The notes under the pieces are model-generated. The model searched no databases and was not told the origin of the DNA. It was given only the letters and a program-made list of their open reading frames with translations. A DNA stretch of 28,124 nucleotides from a virus (taxonomy: Duplodnaviria > Caudoviricetes), in the IMG/VR virus record IMGVR_UViG_3300037760_000035, positions 1-28,124 of that record; one strand, written 5' to 3'. Of this stretch, positions 18,166-24,723 are shown one piece after another (positions within the stretch are counted from its first letter, which is position 1; every line of letters starts with the position of its first letter). A program made the position numbers and the translations under genes.

Positions 18166-18367
18166 CCCCCGTCCGCGGGGGAGGCTTAGACGGCGACCGG
18201 CTTACGGGCCTCCTGCCGCTGACGCCGGTACCGGACGGCGCAGGAGGTATGCCAGAGGCGGCCGTGGAGGCGGACGGCGGACGCGCCGGTTGAGATCCAC
18301 TGGCGGCACCAGGGGGCCTCGCACCGGGCGTTACCGTGTCGCATCTTCACGTTTCCAAGTATCCCCT

Positions 18368-18434
18368 AAACTCGCCGGGTCGTAACGCTGGCATGTGTCC
18401 GACCCTCCTGCTAGGTTTAGACCTATCAGGAAAC
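18368..18434 (+). promoter_or_regulatory. Accessory-gene promoter motif, copy 3
   Basis: AAACTCGC 18368, TGGCAT 18389-18394, 17 bp, TAGGTT 18412-18417, TAGACCTATCAGGAAAC. Confidence 0.75.
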
Positions 18435-18456
18435 CGAAGCAGGAAGGAACCCCGCG

Positions 18457-18777
18457 ATGACCGACACCCAGGCCCCCCAGATGGTCACCGTCACGGTGAC
18501 CGTTACCTACGCCGACGCTGAGAAGTACGGCAGGAACGCGTGGCTCGTCACTAGCGCAGTCGACGGCGAGGCCGATACGTGCTGGACGATCGAGACGCCG
18601 CAGACAGCCGGAAACCGGGAGGCTCTAGCCGCACAGCTTCACCTGGCCCGCACCCACCCGCAGCACCGAGTCTCCCGTATCGCACGGGCCGCGGAGGAAG
18701 ATGCGATCCAGGGCGAGCTAGACGACTACAGCGTCCGCGCCTACCGGGCCGAACTCCGGCTCATCGCCCACTCCTAG
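18457..18777 (+). CDS. Hypothetical accessory protein, 106 aa
   Basis: AGGAAGGA RBS downstream of promoter copy 3. Confidence 0.75.
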   Translation: MTDTQAPQMVTVTVTVTYADAEKYGRNAWLVTSAVDGEADTCWTIETPQTAGNREALAAQLHLARTHPQHRVSRIARAAEEDAIQGELDDYSVRAYRAELRLIAHS

Positions 18778-18837
18778 CAACCTCCGGGCGGGGGCCTTCC
18801 CCGGGTCCCCGCCCACCCATCAGGAAGGAAAGGAACC

Positions 18838-19164
18838 GTGAAGATCCGGATCACCGAACGCGCCCAGGTGTGGCTCTCCGGTACCGGCGTCTGGCAGGCC
18901 CTACAGTTCGGGTCTGCCCAGCACCCGGACGAGGACCCCGTAACAGTCGAGATGATGCGGAAGATCAGGAACACGCCGAGCACCAGGAAGGACCGCTCGG
19001 TCGTAGCTGACCTAACCCGAGCCGAGGCCGAGCATCTCCTCGACTTCGCCGAAGCTATGGCCGATAGTGCCTCGTTCGACGCCGGATGGGACGTCGACGC
19101 GAGATCCGATCTCAACTCCGGGCGGGCTCTCGTCCGGCAGATCAGGAAGGAACTAGACCGATGA
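18838..19164 (+). CDS. Hypothetical protein, 108 aa
   Basis: Hairpin + ATCAGGAAGGAAAGGA leader. Confidence 0.75.
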   Translation: MKIRITERAQVWLSGTGVWQALQFGSAQHPDEDPVTVEMMRKIRNTPSTRKDRSVVADLTRAEAEHLLDFAEAMADSASFDAGWDVDARSDLNSGRALVRQIRKELDR

Positions 19165-19616
19165 GCGTAAAGCTAACCCGGGAGCGGCTCCGGGCCGCCC
19201 GGATCATCAACGATTGGGACCTTGCGAAGGTCGCCCAGGCCCTCGACGAGTTCGGCGTGTTCGTCGGCTACCGGCAACAGGAGCACGGCCGGATCTATAC
19301 GTCCGCGGCATGGCAGGTGTTACGGCCCGGCTTCCGGACCGACCCGAAGGGCCACTGGCGAGACTATGGGCACAAGACGTTCATCGTGAGGAACCCGATC
19401 CGGGAGTACAAGGACTCGAAGCGGCTAGAGGCGATCGCCTGGGCCAGTAAGCGGTACCAGCTCGACCCGGAGGACTGGCTCCCGAGCCCGCTCGGCCGGG
19501 CCTCCGGCTGGTTCCCCGGCCCGGACCTCCGGAAGGCCCTATCGGCGATCGCGGCCGGTGGGCGACTCTCCCAGGCCGACGGGTCGTTCATCCCCGGGCA
19601 GGAGGACGGCTCGTGA
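19161..19616 (+). CDS. Hypothetical protein (MSVKLTRERL...)
   Basis: ATGA overlap; ATCAGGAAGGA leader at 19141. Confidence 0.7.
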   Translation: MSVKLTRERLRAARIINDWDLAKVAQALDEFGVFVGYRQQEHGRIYTSAAWQVLRPGFRTDPKGHWRDYGHKTFIVRNPIREYKDSKRLEAIAWASKRYQLDPEDWLPSPLGRASGWFPGPDLRKALSAIAAGGRLSQADGSFIPGQEDGS

Positions 19617-20572
19617 TCCGCGTCGAGCACACCGGAGACGGGACCCTCGTCCACGGCACCGAGAAGGACGACCTAGAGATCCGGGCCGCGCTCCGCGACG
19701 CCCGGTTCAAGTTCTCCCGTAACCTCGACGCCTGGTTCCTCCCGCGGCCGTGGTCGTACGCGGTCCGGAGCCAGCGGGTCCGCCAGTTCGTTACGGTCGT
19801 CGAGGCCCTCGGCCGCGAGATCGAGGTCTCCGAGCGTCGGGAGCGGGACCGGTCGTCCGCGGAGATCGAGGCCGACCGGGTCGCTCGGGCGGAGGCGCGG
19901 GTCGAACGTATGGCGGATCGGTCGGCCGCTAGCTCGACTGCCGCGACCGCTAGCTTCGCCGAGGCGCGGGCCGTACAGGAGATGATCCCGCTCGGGCAGC
20001 CGATCCTCGTCGGGCACCACTCCGAGCGGCGCCACCGGAGGGACCTAGAGAAGATCGACCGGAAGCTCGACGCCGGAGTCGAGGCGTCGAAGGCGGCCGA
20101 GCACTACGAGCGGCGAGCCGAGTCGGCCGCCTACGAGGCCCGGAAGAACGAGAACCCCGCCCTCGTTAAGCGGCGCCTAGAGCGGCTAGAGGCCGACCGG
20201 CGCCGGATCGACCGGCGTATCGACGGCACCTGGGACGCCTGGGCGAAGCCCGCGGAGGGCGACTACCTAGAGCGGCTCCGGGTCGAGGCGGCCGACCTCG
20301 ACGAGCAGATCGCGTTCCAGCGGGAGCTACTCGCCGCGGCCGAGACCGAACGCGGCCGTCTCTGGCGGCGGGAGGACTTCCGCGTAGGCGACGAGGTCCT
20401 CTACCACGGGACCTGGTACCCGGTGAAGCGGGTCAACCCGAAGTCGCTCTCGATCCCTCCGCTGCTCGATCAGGGCCGGGATCTCGGGCGGTCGTGGACG
20501 GAGAAACTCCCCTACGACCGGGTCCGCGGAAGGCGGCGGGATGGGGTCGAGACCGCGAAGCCGACGGATTAG
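19613..20572 (+). CDS. DUF3560 domain-containing protein
   Basis: Signature IPLGQPILVGHHSERRHRRDLEKI, coiled coils, C-terminal VGDEV...WYPVKRVNPKS. Confidence 0.8.
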   Translation: MIRVEHTGDGTLVHGTEKDDLEIRAALRDARFKFSRNLDAWFLPRPWSYAVRSQRVRQFVTVVEALGREIEVSERRERDRSSAEIEADRVARAEARVERMADRSAASSTAATASFAEARAVQEMIPLGQPILVGHHSERRHRRDLEKIDRKLDAGVEASKAAEHYERRAESAAYEARKNENPALVKRRLERLEADRRRIDRRIDGTWDAWAKPAEGDYLERLRVEAADLDEQIAFQRELLAAAETERGRLWRREDFRVGDEVLYHGTWYPVKRVNPKSLSIPPLLDQGRDLGRSWTEKLPYDRVRGRRRDGVETAKPTD

Positions 20573-20586
20573 TAGCGGGGAGGGTC

Positions 20587-20632
20587 TGGCGCCTGTCGGA
20601 CCCTCCTGCTAGGTTTAGGGCTATCAGGAAAC
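20587..20632 (+). promoter_or_regulatory. Accessory-gene promoter motif, copy 4
   Basis: TGGCGC 20587-20592, 17 bp, TAGGTT 20610-20615, TAGGGCTATCAGGAAAC; shares GACCCTCCTGCTAGGTTTAG with copy 3. Confidence 0.75.
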
Positions 20633-20653
20633 CGAACGCAGGAAGGACCCGAC

Positions 20654-21142
20654 ATGAACCAGTCGACCAACGTCCCGTCGGACGCCGAGCGGGCCGAGGC
20701 CCTCGCCGCGATCGAGACGAAGCGGACCGAGAAGATCCGGGCGTTCCAGGACTATCTAGCGCGGAAGCTGATGCGCGGTATCCGCGCTAACGCCGAGTTC
20801 GCCGAGACCGTCTCCGAGAACGGGCTCCTCTGGGCGCTCGACTGGTCCGGCCGGTCGACCGCTCGGACCCTCGCCGAGACCCAGATGTGGCAGCAGGTCG
20901 AGGTCGCCTACGCAAACCGCACGACCGCAGAGAACAAGGAAGCCTGGCTCGCTGCCGCGATCGGAGCGGTCTCCGAGGCCCGCGCTGAGGTCGAGCGCCA
21001 GCTCCTCAGCAACCAGATCCGGCAGTCCAGCTCGGACGAGTTCGCTAACGCCCTCTCCGCCGCCCGCGCCGAGGGCTACGCCTGGTTCTACCGGGACTCG
21101 GGCGGAGTCCTCGCCGACCTGACCGCCACCGACGACAAGTAG
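20654..21142 (+). CDS. Hypothetical helical protein, 162 aa
   Basis: AGGAAGGA RBS downstream of promoter copy 4. Confidence 0.8.
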   Translation: MNQSTNVPSDAERAEALAAIETKRTEKIRAFQDYLARKLMRGIRANAEFAETVSENGLLWALDWSGRSTARTLAETQMWQQVEVAYANRTTAENKEAWLAAAIGAVSEARAEVERQLLSNQIRQSSSDEFANALSAARAEGYAWFYRDSGGVLADLTATDDK

Positions 21143-21210
21143 CACACGGTAGGGGCGACGGTCCCCGGTCCTCGGGCCGGGCTCGGGTTCGACTCCCGAG
21201 AGCCTCACTA
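21140..21210 (+). ncRNA. tRNA-like element (degenerate tRNA or tRNA mimic)
   Basis: Perfect T-arm CTCGGG-TTCGACT-CCCGAG; D-loop-like TAGCACACGGTAG; ends ...GCCTCACTA; no canonical anticodon arm. Confidence 0.35.
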
Positions 21211-21251
21211 GGCGGGAGAACCGCTCCCGCCAGATCAGGAAGGATCAAGAC

Positions 21252-22403
21252 ATGGTACAGACCACAACCCGGAACGCGACCCTCGCCGACCTCGTCGCAC
21301 TCCTCCGCGACCACCAGTCCCGGAAGATCGACGTAGTGATCCCCGCGTCGAAGGTCCGCGCCAACCTCGGGAACCTCGTCGTCGAGGGCGCCGAGAAGCA
21401 GATCACCGACGACGGCGTCACGAGCGTCGACGGGATCTACCGGCCGACCGACGTCGCCGACGAGGGCATCGCCTCGAAGCTGACCATCCCGTCGGCCTAC
21501 TTGAAGCGGCTCCGGAAGGACCGCCCCGACCTGTACGACGCGAACGTCAACGGCTGGCTCCACGGCGGCCCGACCGAGGCATGGCGTGCCTACGCGCCGG
21601 ACTCCCGCAAGTTCCTCCTCCGGGCGTTCCGCGGCGACGACGGCGGCGAGGGCGTCGCCCGAGCTTTCCTCTCCGACGCGTACGGGATCATCGACAACTT
21701 CGACGTCCTGATCGCCGCGATGGACGGGATCAAGCAGTCCGGCGCCGCCGCGGTGATCGACCGGTGCGACCTGTCCGACCGGCGCATGTACGTGCGAGTC
21801 TCCGCCCCCGAGGTCGCCGCGCTCGCCCCCCAGCTCCTCGCGGGCTACCGGTCCCCGTTCTCCGGACAGTCCGGCGACGAGCTGCCGATCGTCCACGCCG
21901 GGTTCGTGATCTCGAACTCGGAGGTCGGTAACGGCGCCTACACCCTGACCCCGCAGGTCGTGGTGAAGGTCTGCTCGAACGGCATGACCCGCACGGTCGA
22001 CGCGATGCGCCGGACCCATATCGGGGAGCGGATGGGCGAAGGCGTCGTGACCTGGTCGCAGGGAACCGAGCGGAAGGCGTTGGAGCTGATCTCGTCGATG
22101 ACGAAGGACGCGGTCGCAACGTTCCTCGACGTCTCCTACGTCGAGCGGGTCGTCGCAGAGGTGACCGAGCAGGCCGTCGTCCCGGTCCGGCCCGAGGCCG
22201 TCACCGAGGTTACGAAGCGGCTCAAGTTCTCCGAGGAGGAGGTGTCCGGGGTGCTTGACCACTTCATCCGCGGCGGGCAGACCACGGCGGGCGGGGTGAT
22301 GAACGCGGTCACGTCGTTCTCGCAGGAGATCCGGGACGTCGAGCGGGCGTACGAGGTCGAGGCGCTCGGGATGGACGCCCTCGCCCTCGCTGCTAGGGTC
22401 TAG
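21252..22403 (+). CDS. DUF932-like protein
   Basis: 383 aa; RAFLSDAYGIIDNFDVL, GFVISNSEVGNGA, VCSNGMT, AGGVMNAVTS motifs. Confidence 0.7.
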   Translation: MVQTTTRNATLADLVALLRDHQSRKIDVVIPASKVRANLGNLVVEGAEKQITDDGVTSVDGIYRPTDVADEGIASKLTIPSAYLKRLRKDRPDLYDANVNGWLHGGPTEAWRAYAPDSRKFLLRAFRGDDGGEGVARAFLSDAYGIIDNFDVLIAAMDGIKQSGAAAVIDRCDLSDRRMYVRVSAPEVAALAPQLLAGYRSPFSGQSGDELPIVHAGFVISNSEVGNGAYTLTPQVVVKVCSNGMTRTVDAMRRTHIGERMGEGVVTWSQGTERKALELISSMTKDAVATFLDVSYVERVVAEVTEQAVVPVRPEAVTEVTKRLKFSEEEVSGVLDHFIRGGQTTAGGVMNAVTSFSQEIRDVERAYEVEALGMDALALAARV

Positions 22404-22426
22404 CGAGATAGAGGAGCCGGTTACAG

Positions 22427-22470
22427 AGGCGGGTCGCCCCACGGGGAAGGGGCGGCCCGCCTTCCTGTTG
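22427..22470 (+). terminator. Intrinsic terminator
   Basis: AGGCGGGTCGCCCC / GGGGCGGCCCGCCT stem then TCCTGTTG. Confidence 0.65.
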
Positions 22471-22613
22471 CGCTACGTGGCCTCCTAAGCCGTCGAACCC
22501 CCTCGCCGGTAGGAGAGGACCGACCGGGGTCCGATCGCGGCTCCGCGCCCCCACGGCGTACGGGAGGCGCCCGGTTCTACGTCGGTCCTATCCCGCGGGT
22601 AGGAGATCCGGCG

Positions 22614-22679
22614 AAACTCGCTGCCGTAGGTACTGGACGGCACCGCTCCGACCGACTAGGTTTAGGGGTATCAGGAAAC
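22614..22679 (+). promoter_or_regulatory. Accessory-gene promoter motif, copy 5
   Basis: AAACTCGC 22614, TGGACG 22634-22639, 17 bp, TAGGTT 22657-22662, TAGGGGTATCAGGAAAC. Confidence 0.8.
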
Positions 22680-22696
22680 GGAACGAGGAGGACGAG

Positions 22697-22969
22697 ATGG
22701 AGCACCGCCCCGCATTCCCCGACACGGACCGCTGCGTCTGCGGCGGGATCGTCGTCAGCTTCGACGACGGCGACGCGAACGGGGAGCACGGCGAGGGCTG
22801 CGAGGTCTCCGACCGCGTATTCGCCCATCACATCGACTGCGACAACTGCGGCGGGCGGCACGTCGCCGAGGAGTCCCACCAGGGAGCCCACGGCGAGGGA
22901 ACGATCTACGCGGTCGTCTGCACCGTCGACGACCTGACCGACTACTACACCGCCGAGCGACTGATCTGA
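22697..22969 (+). CDS. Cys/His-rich small protein, possible zinc ribbon
   Basis: CVCG, CDNCGGRH, VVC; GAGGAGG RBS. Confidence 0.75.
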   Translation: MEHRPAFPDTDRCVCGGIVVSFDDGDANGEHGEGCEVSDRVFAHHIDCDNCGGRHVAEESHQGAHGEGTIYAVVCTVDDLTDYYTAERLI

Positions 22970-22982
22970 GAGGAGAGGCCCG

Positions 22983-23270
22983 ATGAACCGGACCGAGTAT
23001 GAGGTGAAGGTCGCCTACGACGGCGACGACCTGATCCTGACCCACCCGAATCCGATCCGTGATGCCGATGAGTTCTTCTACGACGGTGAGGAGTTCACCG
23101 CGGCCGACGCGGCGAAGGACCTCGTCGCCAACCTCTACGGCATCGAGCCGTGGATCGAGACCTCGGCCGAGATCCCCGGGGGCAAGCTGTACTTAATCGT
23201 CGAGGCGACTCCGGACGACGAGTACCGTCCGAGCCCGACGGTCGGCGGATACTTCGGCCACTACGGCTAG
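22983..23270 (+). CDS. Acidic hypothetical protein, 95 aa
   Basis: GAGGAGAGG RBS; D/E-rich. Confidence 0.75.
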   Translation: MNRTEYEVKVAYDGDDLILTHPNPIRDADEFFYDGEEFTAADAAKDLVANLYGIEPWIETSAEIPGGKLYLIVEATPDDEYRPSPTVGGYFGHYG

Positions 23271-23329
23271 AGACGACCGGCGCCCGGCTACCCGGCCGGG
23301 CGCCCTACCTATCAGGAACGGAGGAGACG

Positions 23330-23599
23330 ATGACCACCCAGACGCCGATCGACTACGAGGGGATCGAGGAGGCGCTCGCCCGGTTCCAGGAACTCGACGA
23401 CCAGTTCGACCGGGCGCTCGACGACGACTCGGTCTCGAAGCCGGAGATGCTCCGGGTCAAGGACGAGTGGAACCTCGCTTGGGCGACCTACGCGGACGCG
23501 TGCCGAGACGCCGGGATCTGCGTCCGCCCCGACTGCCGGAACTCGGTCGTCGTCGCGAACCAGCGGATCTGCCCGACCTGCCGGGAGGAGAAGCGATGA
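23330..23599 (+). CDS. Hypothetical protein with C-terminal CxxxxC...CxxC
   Basis: Start at ATG 23330 after hairpin + ATCAGGAACGGAGGAG. Confidence 0.7.
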   Translation: MTTQTPIDYEGIEEALARFQELDDQFDRALDDDSVSKPEMLRVKDEWNLAWATYADACRDAGICVRPDCRNSVVVANQRICPTCREEKR

Positions 23600-23880
23600 G
23601 CGGCGACCCCCTCGACGTCTCCGAGAGCGTCGCCCAGATCCAGGCCGAGTCGGAGGCGGAGGAGCGGGAGGCCGCGCTCTATCGGGAACGGCTAGCGCGG
23701 CTCTGTACCTGCCCTCCGAAGGTGACGATGGTCGCCGAGTGCGCCGTCCACGGAACGGGTCATTCGTGGCGCCCGGTCACTGAGTGGGACGGCCCGGAGA
23801 TGCCTGCCTGTACGCACGACCCGGACGCTCCCGGGGCGGAGGAGTTCTTCCCCGACCCGGACGCCGAGCCCCCGTTCTAG
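23596..23880 (+). CDS. Hypothetical protein with CxC...CxxH (MSGDPLDV...EPPF)
   Basis: ATGA overlap, GGAGGAG RBS. Confidence 0.65.
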   Translation: MSGDPLDVSESVAQIQAESEAEEREAALYRERLARLCTCPPKVTMVAECAVHGTGHSWRPVTEWDGPEMPACTHDPDAPGAEEFFPDPDAEPPF

Positions 23881-23949
23881 TCCGGTCGGTGATCTGGCGG
23901 GTAGCCGCTAGCATCTAATCGTCCCGAGTGCTGTCGGGGCCACGGTGAG

Positions 23950-23984
23950 AGGCCGCGGTGAACACGAGTTGTTCGCCGCGGCCT
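23950..23984 (+). terminator. Hairpin at the right edge of the accessory island
   Basis: AGGCCGCGGTGAACA / TGTTCGCCGCGGCCT stem followed by TT. Confidence 0.5.
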
Positions 23985-23998
23985 TTACGCTGTCCGCC

Positions 23999-24439
23999 AT
24001 GAACCCGAACCAGTTGAAGCGGTTCACCACTCGCCGTGAGCCCATCGTGTTTCAGATCGACGACGACACGTTCCTATGTGTCCGTGAGATCCCAGCCGGA
24101 GGACTGATCGACCTGCTGAAACTCCAACAGGAGCTATCCGGTACGACCGACCGCGTCCGGCAGCTCGACGTAATCGTCCAACTTATGCAAGAGATGCTCG
24201 TCCCGGACGCGTTCGCCAAGTTCGAGCTACGGCTCCGGGATAAGGACAACCCGATCGGCCTGCGGCTCCTCGTCGACGTGATGAAGTGGCTCCTCGGGGA
24301 GTACGGGCTCCGCCCTACCCAGTCGCCGGACTCCTCTACGGACACGTCTCAGGAGACGGCTGGTACCGGTTCGACGGATGGGCCGCCGCCCGAGGAGTCG
24401 ACCCCCGAGACCTCCCCTGGCACCGATTCCTCAACCTGA
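23999..24439 (+). CDS. Tail assembly chaperone (gpG-like)
   Basis: Likely ATG 23999; PIVFQIDDDTF, WLLGEYGLRPT then S/T-rich tail; two ORFs before tape measure. Confidence 0.75.
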   Translation: MNPNQLKRFTTRREPIVFQIDDDTFLCVREIPAGGLIDLLKLQQELSGTTDRVRQLDVIVQLMQEMLVPDAFAKFELRLRDKDNPIGLRLLVDVMKWLLGEYGLRPTQSPDSSTDTSQETAGTGSTDGPPPEESTPETSPGTDSST

Positions 24440-24720
24440 TCGAGTACTACCTACGGGAGAACCTAGACGCGAAGGGGCGGGCCGAGTTGGATCAGTCGAT
24501 CGCGGTCGCGACGGCCGACTGGACACGCGGGCAGGTCTCGGCCGAGATCACCCGCGGCGAGGAGGTCCTCGCACGTCCGGCGCCGCCACGTCCGGCCGCT
24601 CCGGCAGCCCCGGCGCTCGCCGGTCGGAAGCTACCGACGCCGCCGCCATGGTGGAAGGGCGACGAGGAAGCGATGCGCTCCTCCCTCGTCGCCGCCCAGC
24701 AGCTTCGCCGCGGGAGGTAA
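24286..24720 (+). CDS. Tail assembly chaperone gpT-like ORF (probably reached by -1 frameshift)
   Basis: Overlaps previous ORF in the -1 frame, lacks a convincing RBS, ends 3 bp before tape measure; FDGWAAARGVDPRDLPWHRFLNL. Confidence 0.65.
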   Translation: MAPRGVRAPPYPVAGLLYGHVSGDGWYRFDGWAAARGVDPRDLPWHRFLNLIEYYLRENLDAKGRAELDQSIAVATADWTRGQVSAEITRGEEVLARPAPPRPAAPAAPALAGRKLPTPPPWWKGDEEAMRSSLVAAQQLRRGR

Positions 24721-24723
24721 CTC

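Noticed and set aside
18336-18521. 61-aa ORF spanning promoter copy 3
   Set aside because: No RBS, overlaps the promoter and the better-supported gene at 18457
21133-21210. Functional tRNA gene
   Set aside because: The 7-bp acceptor stem cannot form in the canonical register and there is no 7-nt anticodon loop; kept only as a tRNA-like element
21045-22442. Long minus-strand ORFs (465 aa here; also 24492..25658, 25992..27197, 11623..12507)
   Set aside because: Antisense shadows of GC-rich + strand genes; no RBS, no motifs, low-complexity translations
83-22679. GTTT...GGAAAC repeat resembles CRISPR repeat termini
   Set aside because: Copies are only ~20 bp, degenerate, kilobases apart, separated by whole genes, and sit in promoter geometry; no spacer-sized periodicity and no cas genes
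16734-23318. Integron attC-like cassette array
   Set aside because: No RYYYAAC...GTTRRRY paired attC structure and no integrase in the window; cassette shuffling is kept only as one hypothesis
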